From: Lama guanicoe
Taxonomy: Eukaryota
Length of the DNA stretch: 64,000 nucleotides
Direction of reading: 5' to 3'
Assembly (NCBI GenBank): GCA_013239625.1
Contig: MU054391.1
Coordinates: forward strand, 4,857,824-4,921,823
The notes below the pieces were generated by a model, which was given only the letters and a program-made list of their open reading frames with translations, did no database searches and was not told the origin of the DNA. Of this stretch, positions 1 through 12,079 are shown in pieces; the stretch's first letter is position 1; each line of letters opens with the position of its first letter. The position numbers and the translations under genes were made by a program.

Positions 1-95
1 GTTTTGTTTTCTCTTTTTTATTTCTTATTTTCCCAATTGTACGCTGTGAACATGTATCAGTTTTTATGTTCCGGAACAAAATAAATGTTTCTGTT
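1..95 (+). mobile_element. 3' terminal fragment of an old L1 (L1ME/L1MC4-like), cut by the window edge
   Basis: T-rich 'tttcttattttcccaattgt..tgaacatgtatcagttttt..aaaataaatgtt' resembles recalled old-L1 3' UTR ends; AATAAA near 80. Confidence 0.4.
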
Positions 96-1299
96 TAGTT
101 TTTTAAATCCCATGGAATTGAACCATATTTGTGGTTTACAAACCCTTTGGCATTGAACGATCCCAGGGTGCACTGAGGTCGCCCGAGCGAGCATTATTGT
201 CCCTACTTTACGGCTGGGAAAGTGGGGTTCAGGCTGTCCGGTTCCTGCCCAGAACAGACTCTGGGCTGGCTTTCCAGGGCTCTCTCTTCCACAGGGGACC
301 CAAGGTGGGGCTAATACAAGAAGGCCAAGCCCCCCGTGTACCCCCAAGTCTGTGCCCACCCCCAGCAGGGCTGAAGTCCCCAGACCAAGATGCCTTTTCT
401 GCACCTCTTCAGGCTCCAGTGTCTGCCGTCTTTGTGTTGTGTTCTGTGTGTCCAGTCACTTTACGTCACGTCAGAGGTTGCTGCCTGAGCTCCGGGCCAC
501 AGCTGAGCTCCCAAGGGGCCCTTCTCTCACTGTGAATGGCCTGGGCTCCCGTGGACACTGAGCTCTCCTTCCAGACTATTCACAGCACATTCCTGACCAC
601 CCCGCCCAGAAAGAGTGACCTCCGTGGGGTCGGCTCTGGGAAGCACCCAGGGTTGGGCTCCAGGCCAGGTGACACCAGCCTGGGCTAGAGGATTAGCATC
701 GAGGCAATTTGCTCCTTGGCGGGGCTGACTGGGGCCCTGGGGGAAGGAGAGAGGAGTCCCGTCAGAACCACGGGAATCTCTGGCCCAGAAGCGAGCAGCA
801 ACACAGAGGACCTTCCCCGCTGATGGAGAACAAAGCCTCTGAGCCTCAGAAGCAATTCACTCTGTCCCAGGCCTCAGACCAGGCAGCGGACGCCTGGGGT
901 CTGGGGACCAGCTGAGCCTGAGCTGCCGGCCAGGGAGCCCACAGGCCTTGCCGGGCAGCGATGTGGGCTGACGTCATCACCATTTGTCCCGCCTGTTGAG
1001 TGGTTCTCCCACCCCTGCCTCAGTATCTCCATTTCATGCCACCCTCACCCACAGACAGCAGTGGGCCTGGCCAGCTGCATGACCGTCCTGATGAAAAGTC
1101 TTCAGTGGTACCCAGCCCAAACTCCCCCTCCCAGCACTGAAGATGCCCCCAGCCCCAGCCACATTTCCAGATTCATCTACTACACCCCACAGGGTGTAGG
1201 TGGTGTTCCGGTCACCAGGCCACTCGCTCTGCCCCAGCACCGCTGCATCTCTGCCTCGGCCAGGACCTTCACCTCCCAGAAGCCCTTCTGCTGCATCGC

Positions 1300-1600
1300 A
1301 TCCTGCTAGTGCCCTGCTCAGCCTTCAGGACCCTGCTGAAATTCCTCTCCACATCCACACAGCCCCCAGACCAGACCCCCACCACTGGAATTAAACCCGG
1401 CCCTCCCTGCACACACTCGCTCTCGAGCCCACGTGCTTCCACTGCGCTGCAGTCCTCCTATATCCATCTGGTCCCCACCAGACTTCTGAAGGGACGGACC
1501 ACATCCCTGGTATCTTCACATCTCACCATCCCACCCGCATCTCGTCCTAGCACAAGAGCCTCAATGTACACAGTAGGCACTCAACGAAAGCCTGTAAAAT
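1300..1600 (+). mobile_element. L2 LINE 3' fragment
   Basis: 'cttctgaagggacggacc..tcctagcacaagagcc..acagtaggcactcaacgaa' matches the L2 3' end pattern. Confidence 0.55.
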
Positions 1601-2909
1601 TGAAATAACTTCATGGCCAGCTACAGATTCCACTCCTAATCTAGCAAAATGGCATTGCTGTTTGCTACAAGGAAATCCACAGGCTAGAGAATTGTTCTCA
1701 GAGGCTCCAGCACATCTCACTCTTTGATGCCCTAAGTAACTCATGGAATCTTTTTTTAAATCTCCTTCAATTCTTGAAAAGACTTTAAACTTTCCACCGA
1801 GTGCTGTGCATAGATTCTGTCCTTTTGGATACATGCACTGCTTTCCCCATTTTGCACAGTCATCCAAGGAACAAAAGAAAACCAGCTTTGGAGATCAGAA
1901 CCCGGAAGGAGAAGACCTTTCACTAAAATTTCCTGGGAGGGGACTTGCTTACCTTCCATGCCTACAGAAGCCGTCCTCTACGGTCAAGAGGCAAGCCGTC
2001 TGAACCGTGATGCTGTGTGCTTCTAAACAGCCTGTCACCATAGCAACACGCAAACCTGTCATTACCTCGGAGGGAGAACACCTCTTAAAAGAAACCTACT
2101 TAGCAACGTGTCAGGTTAACTTCTGTGCTTCTTACAGATTGTCTCAGGAATCCAGGCCTCAGTACCCCGGGGTAAATGGTGCTTCTGCAAACAATCTAGA
2201 AGTCACTGCCACAGCCAGAGGGGCCTCTTCCTTGACCTGCCCCCATCTGTCCTTGGATGAGTCAGGTACTGGGGCCTCCTTGAAGCCACAGCCCATTGGC
2301 TCTGCATTCCAGGTAGTTACACAAGCCAACAGTTTTACAAACAATAGTTTCTGCTCTGGTGCTTTGCATATATAGTCTCACTTAATCCTCAGGTCAGCCT
2401 CTGCAGGGGGCCTTCCCCACCCCACCCCCTTAGTGATAAGGGGCCAGGCTGGTTCCATCTCCAGCCCCAGGAGCTCCAGCCCTCCCCAGTGCTGTGTTAT
2501 GCCGGTGAGGACACGCCAGCCACATGCTGTGGGTCTGTGCACTTCCCCAAAAACTCCATTTCACAAAGGAGAAATTGCCTTGGAAAAGTCGAGTATCTTG
2601 CTCAAGATCCCTTCAGAAGTCAGCAGAGGTGCAGAGATACAGACAGGCTGGCCTCTTCTGGGGGAGCCTCAGGGAACACACCACATCTCCCCAGCAGCTT
2701 TTTAGACCAAGTGAAGGGTACAGCCTCTCTCCCTCTGAGCCCAAAAGCGGAATGCCTGGGTGCCTGCCCTGCCCTGCTTAGGAATGGATTGCAACCTCCT
2801 GCAACCGCTAAAAATCTCTGTCATCTGGGCCAATCCTTCCAGCTCTTACATGGAATTTTATGTGTGTTTGAGGGGAATGAGGACTAGGGAAGTATGTGTG
2901 AGACTTTCA

Positions 2910-3062
2910 CACACAAAAATCACCCCAGGATCTTGTTGAGATGCGGGTACTGATGAGGTGGGTCAGGGTGGAGACTGAGAGTCTGCACTTCCAACCAGCT
3001 TCGGGGTGAAGCTGTTGATCCCCCACCCCACCTCCAGGGAAAGGGGCCAAGGCCACTCTGTT
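2910..3062. mobile_element. MER5-like hAT-Charlie MITE, degraded
   Basis: 'aatcaccccaggatcttgttgagatgc..ggtcagggtggagactgagagtctgcacttccaaccagct' follows the MER5A/B layout. Confidence 0.55.
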
Positions 3063-3229
3063 TAGAAGAAAAGATGTGTTGGAAAGAGATACGCTTTGCC
3101 CCCAGGACAACCCAGTACTACTGCAGGCGGCCTGTTAAGACCTCATGTTGCCAAGGATGCCCTAGAAAGGGAAGGGAGCCCGGCTCACAGGGCCAACATC
3201 TCCCCTCCCCCTTCCTCCCCAGGAGCCCT

Positions 3230-3370
3230 CACGGGTTCTAAGCTCACTGCTGGTAGCTGGATGGTTTCTCAGTTTCTGATTCCTCAATGTCTGGTCTAGT
3301 ACCTGGAAGGTGCTAGATGCCCAATAAATATTGACTAAATAAAGGAAGAAGGAAGGGAGGGAGGAAGGGA
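3230..3370 (+). mobile_element. L2 3' end with a purine-rich tail
   Basis: 'tctagtacctgg..gatgcccaataaatattgactaaataaaggaagaagg'. Confidence 0.5.
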
Positions 3371-3605
3371 AGGGGGGAGAGTTAGGAAAAAAATTAGGAC
3401 CTACATCAGAGAAGACTGAGACGTGATCTATGTTTGTGTAACACTCACAGTTGTCTAAGATGGGTCCAGGATGGCTACTTACTCCATGCTAGCTGACAGA
3501 AAGAACCCCAGCTTGTTTATGAAATTGTCTGCATTTCTGTAGCCTCATAGGGCCTAGGACCCTACCTTGCATGCACTACAACAGCACCAAAGAAACTTCT
3601 GTACA

Positions 3606-3985
3606 TCTGAAAGGTCACTTTTGTGTGTTAACATGGCTGGGTCATGGTGTCCAGATATTTGGTCAAATATTCTGGATGTTTCTGTGAGGGGTTTTTTTGT
3701 GGATGGGATTCACATTTAAATTGGTGGAATCTGAGTTGCAAATTGCCATCCAGATGGTGGGTGGGCCTCGTCCAATCAGTTGAAGGCCTGAATAGAATGA
3801 AGACTGACCTCCCCTAAGCAAGAGGGAATTCTGCCAGCAGACGGCCTTCAGACTCGAACTGCAGTGTGGGTTCTCCTGGGTCTCCAGCCTGCTGTCCTTC
3901 CCTGCAGATTCCCTGCAGATTTTGGATTTGTCAGTCTCCTTAATCATAGGGGAATATCATAGTTTGGAGAACCCAGACTAACACA
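3606..3985 (+). mobile_element. MLT2D-like ERVL solo LTR
   Basis: Diagnostic 'ccagatatttggtcaaa..gtgggtgggcctcgtccaatcagttgaaggcctgaatagaa..gcaagagggaattctgccagcagacggccttc' and end 'ggagaacccagactaacaca'; aligns with the copy at 21421. Confidence 0.88.
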
Positions 3986-4428
3986 GGGGCAGAAAAGGGT
4001 ACTGTGCTTTCTAGCAGATGATAAACACTGCTCATCTCAAAGGACACTCAGTGTTAACAGGTGGACTTGAACAGAGGCTGAATAGACTCATGGCTGATGA
4101 ATTAGCAAGTCACGGGACACTTCTGACCCGGGGGGATATGCACCAGGCCTTCAAACAGTGGTTGTCACACTCAGGTATGGATAAAGGTCAACAGGGGCAC
4201 AATTAAAAGTGCACCTGCTGGGCACCCACCCCCAGAGGCCCTGGTTCCCTGGTTACACTGCATCCCCATCCTGCCCACGTCCCCGGAAGGGCCCTCAGAT
4301 CGCACCTCAGTGTTGAGCAGCTTTCCTGGGAAGGGTTGCTTGTCTCAGTCAGAACGAGGCAACCAACATATTCCCAAACACTAACAGGAGTTCCAGATGA
4401 TAGCACTTCTTTTCATACACCCTTAAAC

Positions 4429-4508
4429 CATTGGACAGACCACCTGAAACCCTCTTTGACCATCTTTGACCTATAAAAATGGCAATTTTGTATATAGTTA
4501 ACCTAACA
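4429..4508. mobile_element. MADE2-like mariner MITE (about 80 bp)
   Basis: 'tttgaccatctttgacctataaaaatggcaattttgtatatagttaacctaa' matches the recalled MADE2 core and right TIR; left TIR degraded. Confidence 0.7.
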
Positions 4509-7040
4509 CATAAAACACCTGTAATTGTGCCTCATTTTTAAGATCCTATTGGATCTAAAGGCCACGAAGTCCTCTCTCTTACAGACCCTCTAGAATGTTC
4601 TCCTTCTTGACATCCCGTCTACGTTAGCAGTATATGGTCCTGAGAGAGGCCGGGGCACAGGGCCTTGAGCAAGTCACTGCACCTCCAAGCCAGCATGCTC
4701 ACCCCCGAGTGCTGGCAACGCAGTGCCGCCTTCCTGGGGCCGAGATGGGACTCAGATGGTCGATGTCTGTAAGCTTCCCTCACTCGCAGCCATAAGGAAG
4801 GGGTACTGGTCCATTCTTTGCTGGAAGATGATGCAAGAAATATCCCCAGCCCTTGTCTCCTGAGCTGCATGGTCTGCTGGGAGCTCTCGGCCCCGGGCCA
4901 GTCCAGAGCTGCGGCCCGCGTCCCCACCAGTGTTTACAGACCCTCCGGCCCCAAGAAGTCAGAGTCCAGAGAGGCCCCTGTGGGCAGGGCTGTTCCAAAC
5001 CCACCAGCTTCCCAGTGCTGACAGGAAGCCCAGCACACAGCAGGTGATGAGTAAATGGAGACAGAAAGGAAGGAGGTGAGGGGGATCAGGGAGAGAAAGG
5101 AAAAAGGGAGGCCCTGGCCCTGTTTCCCACTCACCGCTCCCTCCAGGGCACCCGCCGTCTGGCCCCTGCTTCTGCCAATGGTCTTCCGTCTGGGGAGGCC
5201 AGCTCTTTCCCCACGAAGGAGCTAGCTCCCGCCCCCTGCTCCCTGCGGCTGCCGCCAGCCCTCCCGTGACGCATGGCTACTCCACCAGATGAGCGCCGCC
5301 GGCCCCACTTCTTCCGGCCCACACAACCCGCAGACCCCCCGGCCTGCAGCCTGGCTTTTTGGCTGCTGCACCTGCCTCTGCTCATCCTGAACGGGACAGA
5401 GGGGTGGACAGAGGGGCCCACAGGAGACTGAGGGCACAGCACTGCCAAATAGCCTCTGCACCCTTCCTGAGGCTGCTGGCAGCCCGACCCAAGCCTTCCA
5501 AGGTGGCCCCCAGAAGCCTCACAGGCCCCCCTGCAAGGGCACCCCCAGGACAGTGAGCTCCAGGCTGCACACCCAAAACACACTTTCCTCCCTTACAAGC
5601 TGTGACTTCTCCAGCCAGGACCGACCGAGAGCCAGGGGATCTTGGAACCTGTGACAGGAGCCAAGGTGAAGAGCCCTGCAAAAGCCACGTGGGAGAGAGA
5701 GGGAAAGGGTGGGGGTGGGGACGCAGAGATGACACAGGAGGAGAGAAGCTGCCTGCAGACACATCAACCAGGAGACTCACCCCAGCCCTCGAAGCAGTCG
5801 CTGAAGGAGTCATTTAAGGACCTAAGAACCCGACCCTTTGCAACCTCAATTAATGGGTGTTAAAGTGGCGAATATTTGTAAACAGCATCCTTACAGAAGA
5901 CTTCCCTTTGGTTTTGTTTAATAATTACTGTTTAGAGAAAGGTGCACCTCACACAGACACACCAGGCAGATCTGCATGTGAATCGGGTTCCTGAGGAAAG
6001 GAAGATCACCAGAGAAAAGAACTGACTTTTTGATTCCCCCAAATTGGCTTAAATTAGCTCGCGTCTCAGGCCGAACGTCCTAAGAGTGGCAGATCCAGCT
6101 GAGAACCCGCCCTCCTTGTTGGGGTGGGGAGGATGCTGTGGTCCTGCTTGGTCTAGTTCAGTTTGCTTTCCTTTCCTGAGATAGAAGCTCAGCCAGGATG
6201 CTCATCCACTCGTAAGCTGACTCATCCCAAGGGGGACAACACAGCCAGTAGTAGGTGAGACAGCTCTGCTCCGTGGAGGCCACGGAAGAGCCACCTGCCA
6301 CCCACCCACTGAGGCCACTGTTTATCAGGCTTCTGCCGCACGGGGTTCTCTCTCTGCTAAGGACCACAAACAATGTGATCACGGTTGCCTCCCCTCCACT
6401 CAACGCCCTAAATGATGGGGGGCCTGCTGTCCCCTTTGGCTCCGGGAAGTCCCCCGAGTCCGGGATGGCCGCTGCAGAGCTGGCCGAAGGCCCACGGACC
6501 TCGGGGGCCTGAGAACCTCGGGTCAGGTCCCGGCCGAGGCGTGCAGCCAGCTGTCTGCATTCAGGGCTGGCTTAGAGAGCCGCGGGACCCCGCATTCACA
6601 GGCACAGAAAGTCATTGGCAGCCGCGCTCAGCAATGCGGCCGGGCGGCCAGACTTTCTCAGCAGCAGACAATGCTCCCTCGACACCGCGCGCCTACTAAG
6701 AGGCACAGCATCTCATTAAACAAACTGGGTACGGATTGGGTGGCTCTGGCTTCTATAGAGATATAAGGCTTTTTGCAACGGAAGGAGCGCTGGCAGCTTA
6801 AACCCTAATCCTTCACGCGGCCCACAAAGTAGCCATAAACCCGGAGAGAAATTAGAACATGTTTCAGTGGAATGACGGCCAAGAGAGCTGGGCCTTATTC
6901 TTATTCCCTCTACTTTGTCCCCGCTTTTGTTTTTCTTTTTAACCCACTTTTAATGTCTCCTGTGCTCATGTATTTTTATCCCCTTATAAGCCACCTGAAA
7001 TCCAGAACAGAGAAGGAAAGAACAAAACACCTGTAATGAA

Positions 7041-7070
7041 ATGAGTTGAGATGAGATGAGATGGGATGAG
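7041..7070. repeat. (ATGAG)n pentanucleotide repeat, imperfect
   Basis: atgagttgagatgagatgagatgggatgag. Confidence 0.85.
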
Positions 7071-7209
7071 ACGAATGATCAGCTGTCAGACTGTCCCCTG
7101 AGGTGGGAAATCAGGGCCCCAGTGTGATGACCCTGCACGTGTCCCTCAGGGGCATGTCCCGGCAGGGCCAGGTGAGAACGGGCTCCCGCAGAAGCAGCAA
7201 CACCAGGGG

Positions 7210-7588
7210 TTTTTTTTTAATTGAAGTAAAGTTGATTTACAAGGTTGTGTTAGCTTCTGGTGCACAGCAAAGTGATTCAGTTATACATACACATATTATT
7301 TTCCATATTACAATCCATTGAATATAATTCCCTCTGCTATACAGTAGGACTTTGTTGTTTATCTGTTATATATATAATAGTTTGTATCCACGAATCCCAG
7401 ACTCCTATTTTATCCTTCCCCCTTAATTCCCCCCACCATAACCATAAGTTTCTTTTCTATGTCTGTGAGTCTCTCTCTGTTTTGCTAATAAATTCATTTG
7501 TATCATATTTTAGATTCCACCCATAAGTGGTATCATTGGATGGACCTAGAGATTATCATACTAAGAGAAGTAAGTCAGAAGGAGAAAG
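7210..7588 (-). mobile_element. Artiodactyl-type L1 3' end with a 5' inversion (twin priming)
   Basis: Poly-T at 7210 and antisense L1 3' UTR to 7536, then a sense segment 7537-7588 'tggatggacctagagattatcatactaagagaagtaagtcagaaggagaaag' from the adjacent upstream part of L1; degraded TSD 7198-7213 / 7589-7604. Confidence 0.88.
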
Positions 7589-8364
7589 CCACGTTAGGGA
7601 TTTTAAAGGGTTTCCAGTTTCTGGCCCCAAGAGAAGGGTTTCTGTTATGTCAAAGGATCAGCAGTATCAAAATTTCCTGGGTTGCCGAAAACACACGCAC
7701 AAAACTAAAATTCACATTTCTGGGCTCCAGCAGGTCAACGTCTGTGGGTGGCCAGAGCCAAGGATCTGTGCTCTTAGCAGGTGACTCCTCGCTCAGGACG
7801 TGAGCACCGCTGCCCTGAAAATGTCCAGCCCCCAACCAGCCTCCATGTGGCGAGTCCAGGCCCTCCCGTCATCCAGCAGCGGCTCCCTCGTGCACCCCTG
7901 CCAGGCCAGCCCTCCCCCTCCGACCCCCCGTCCCCCTCAAAGCCACAGCCACGCGGTGCCCTCCTTGCTGACCCCAGCCTGAAGCCCCCCTCCCCACGCT
8001 CCCCCTCTGTGTCTGACTCCCATCCTGGCCACAGGGACACCGCGGGGGCCTGACCGGCTCCCCCAAGCCTGCTGGTGCCTCCCACAGCTTCACGCTGCCC
8101 TTCGCTGAGCCTCAGACAGGGTGCATGGCAAGTAAATGTTTACCGAGCAAACAGATGGAGCTGTATTACTTCCCTCCAGGAACTCACTCGCCTCAAACAC
8201 AGAGCTCATGACAAAACACTAGATTACAGTTTGGGAACCGTGTGCCTTTCCATGTCTCTAAGCCTGGCCCCCGTGCCAGTTCCCCTTCCTTTCTCCTTGA
8301 TCAAACATGACTCAAGTTTCAGCCTTAGTTTCAATGCCGCCTCCTCTAGGAAGCCTTCTTTGAT

Positions 8365-8450
8365 ATTCAATTATTCATTCAACAAATACTTCCTGAGTGT
8401 CCATCTGGCTCAGGCACTTTACTGGGCTGAGAACAAGGAAAAGAGGTAAT
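8365..8450 (-). mobile_element. L2 3' end fragment
   Basis: 'attcattcaacaaatacttcctgagtgtccatctggctcaggcact'. Confidence 0.6.
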
Positions 8451-8734
8451 TCTTGCCAGGACCCTGCAGAGGCAAGTAAGAACCACAGTGATTCGAGGTC
8501 CCAGCCGCCCTCGGTGCCTCTGCCAGAGCCCTTTTCTCAGCCCCCCAGTTTCACTCCTACATCTTTATAATTACATTTCAGACGCACACGACCTCCAACA
8601 GACAATGAGTGAGAATGAGTCTTAGTCGTTGGCTTGGAAACTTATCAGCAAAAGTTTATCCAGAAAGTTTTGTTGAAAGAAACCAGGCCCACAGCAGGGG
8701 ACTGTAGGTAAGGCTGAAAAACGAACACTAACAC

Positions 8735-9682
8735 CGTTAAAACCACAATGAGACACCACTACCCTCCATTAGAATGGCCAAAATCCAGAACACGGACGAA
8801 AGCAAACGCTCTGAGGATGTGGAGCAACAGGAACTCCCATACGTCACTGGTGGGGATGCAAACGGTACGGCCACTTTGGAAGGCAGTTTGGTGGCTTCCT
8901 ACAAATCTAAACACACCATATGGGGATCCAGCAATCATGCTCTTTAGTGCTGGCTCGGGGGAGCTGGAGACTTATATCCACACAAAAACCTGCACATGGG
9001 TATTTATAGCAGTTTTACTCATAACTGCTAAATCCATCTTGCTTGGATTTGGCAGCTATGAGCCAAGAAACCAAGCAATCAAGATGCCCTTCAGCAGGTG
9101 AGTGGGTAAATCAACTGTGGTGCATCCAGACAATGGAATAGCATTCAGCACTAAAAAGCACTCAAAAGAAATGAGCTATCAAGCCAAAAAAAAAAAAGAA
9201 AACCACAGAAGAACCTTATATACATATTCCTAAGGGAACAAAGCAATCTGACAAGGCTGCATATTGAGTGATTCCAAACATATGACATTCTGGAAAAGGC
9301 AAAACTACGAATACTGTAAAAGGATCAGTGGTTGCCAGAGGTTAAGGAGAGAGAGGAGAGGGTGAAAGGCGGAACACAGGATGTTTGGGGCAGTGGAGAT
9401 ACTCCACGTGATACTGGAATGATGATGGACACACTGTTCTACCCTCGTCCAAGCCCACAGATGTACAACTCCGAGAATGACCCCCAGTGTGAACTACAGG
9501 CTTCGGGTGACTGTGAGGCGCAGTGCAATCCACGCCCCACTCTGGTGGGGGTGCTGACAGTGAGGGAGGCTGCGCACGAGTGGGAACAGGGGGCACACAG
9601 GAAATCTCTATCTTCCTCTCAGTGTGGCTGTGAACCTAAAACTGCTCTTAACAAATTATCTTCAAAAATGTTTTTAATAAAA
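8735..9682 (+). mobile_element. L1MC1-like LINE 3' portion (ORF2 C-terminus remnant plus 3' UTR)
   Basis: 'accacaatgagacaccactac..attagaatggccaaaatccagaa..gaggatgtggagcaacaggaactc' and terminal 'gctgtgaacctaaaactgctct'. Confidence 0.88.
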
Positions 9683-10059
9683 GAACACTCATCATGAGGA
9701 GTCACTTTTTTTCTTACCGGTGACAAAATTAAAGTCCCTGGTCGTAAATGGGGCTGGTAGCACACACCCTTCCCGGCACCAGCTGCCTACAGCTGAGGCA
9801 GCAGGGCTAAAGCTGGCCTCCCTGGGCCAGACCCTTCACTAACCACAGCACGGGGTCCGCGGCAGGACACGCCAGCTGCCTGAGAGCCGCTGGGGACATC
9901 AGGAGACAGGAGCTGCCGAGGGCTGGGGATGCAGGGAGGGAGCACTGGCCGGAAGCCTCCAAGGATGGTGATGTCCTGGGCAGCATGAGGAACAGGGACG
10001 GCCCTGGGATGGACAGGCCCGCAGCCCCACTGCCTGGGGACAAACGCCCCCTTCGACCT

Positions 10060-10245
10060 TGTACCAGCTCTGTGACCTCAGGCACATGGCTTTGCTTCTC
10101 TGTGCCTCGGTTTCGCCATCAGTAAAATGGGCAGGACAATAACCATGCTCTCCACGTTACAAGATTGCCATGCCATCTAAGTGAGGTAACACCACAAGCC
10201 GTCCCGGCGCCAGGACACAGGAGGGCTGCTGGTACTATTACTGCC
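10060..10245 (+). mobile_element. MIR SINE
   Basis: Core 'ctgtgacctcaggcac..ctctgtgcctcggtttcgccatcagtaaaatggg'. Confidence 0.75.
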
Positions 10246-12079
10246 ACTGTCCCGCCTGCACCGAACTCCTTCTGCTTCTTGGTTTGTTTAGTCCTCACCA
10301 CCCCTTCCAAGGAAGTCTGACTATCCTCAAGCTCAGATGGCTTCCCAAGGCCACCGAGGCCAAGGATGCCCACCTCCGAAGCCATCCTGCTGAGCTGCCT
10401 TTTGGGTCGGAAGTCGCCGTGGAGGGTGTACACCGCCTGCAGTGAGCACCAAGCCACATCCCTCAGGTAGACGTGACCTGGGGACTGAAGTCCCAGCTGC
10501 AGGGCGGGGGGTGGGGGGGAGTGGGGGAGGGAAAGCTAGCCAGAAAAGCCCCAGGTAATGTAAACGGAAACTCTAACGGACAGCCCTGCACCTGGCATTT
10601 CTGCATTTCCCAAGGCAGCTGAAGGGAGCCTGTGTGGAACTGTGAGCCACAGAGGAAACAGCTTCAGACCTGCATCCGTAGTCATCTGGACAGCTGGGCT
10701 AGACCTGAAGCCACTGCACGTCCCAGCTTGGAAATTCCATGACGGAGCTGATTTAAGGCCACCCCTCAGGTGACCAGGAAAACACCTGGGAGTCGCCCCT
10801 GACCTGGGTTCTAAGCCAGACCCCTTCCGACAGGCCCTGAGAGCCACAGCCTACATGCCCGCCGGGGGATGCTGTCTGGCTCCAGGTAGGAGGGAACAGT
10901 GCTCTGTCCCCCATGGGCTCCTGGGGGATTCAAGGGAGATCCCCAGGCCACTTGTCCAGGTTGCAGGCAAACTCTCCCCTGCACCCCAAGATCGTGTTTT
11001 GGGGAACCCTAAGCGTCTGGCCCTCTCTGATGCCAATAATGCAGGCAGCATACCCCAAAGACACAGGCATAGCAAGGGAAGTGGTGCGCAAAGCACTATG
11101 TAACCAGCTCAAGGTCACAGGTAACTGGAAGAAGCAGGACTCAGAGGCAGGCCTGCATCCAAGGCTCCTGCACTTCCCCTGAGCCAGCCGGGGCAGGAAC
11201 CGCAGCCACTACGGGTTAGGGAAACCGGCGCCCTGGGGAGGGGAAGCCCCGGGCACCAGAAGACAAGGCCCCTGGCTTTGAACGACCATAAGTTGTGGGG
11301 CAGCAGGGCAACTGTGTGCAAATGACCAGAGCCAAATCCCCGCATCAGCAGGGCTGGCCCAGCTGCGCCAGACAGACAGACAGGCACGTGCCGAGCAGTC
11401 AGGGGCGTGGGGAAGCTGAAGGAGCCCCGGCAGCTGTGCGGTGGGAGGGGGCACGCGGCCAGCCAGCTGGCACCCGCCTGTAAGTGCTGATACCCACCCG
11501 AGGTGGCTGCAGAGGACACGGAAGTTCAGGCAGCAGGCCTCGCCCACAGCCCAGACCAGGCCCCAGAACGCAGCTGCGGGGAGAAGGCAGCCGGGAGGCC
11601 TTCCAGCCCCATCAGATTTTCATTTGAAGTGAGAGTTGGGCGGAGAGCACCCTTCAGAGACCCTGAAACTGCCAGCCGAGCTGGATCTGCACCTCAAGGG
11701 TCCTGTGCGCGTCCCTGCAGGGGAGCAAGTACGGGGCAGGGGCAGTTTGGGGGAAGCTCCGGCCCCCAGTTCTGGTGGACTAGGCAGCAGTGCCCAGGTC
11801 TGTGTCCGGCTCCCCACAGTCTGAGCTCCGCTGACCCCCAGTCCCCCAGAAAGGTAGAGCCACGTTTGTTTGACTTGTCTATTTACCACTTGCCCAGAAT
11901 GCATTCCTGCCCATCAGGTGGTCCCATTCAAGAGGCCCCTCAGACTTGAACTGCAAACCCTCCTGTCCGCGGAACCCTTTCTGAGAGGAGGTGCTTCTGT
12001 GAATGATCCTGACGCTGGCAACTATTCCCCAGGAACCAGAAGTTTGAGAGCAAAAAGGCAAATCAGGCCAGATGTTGGC

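Noticed and set aside
75..90. AATAAA as the polyA signal of an upstream gene
   Set aside because: The context fits an old L1 3' tail better
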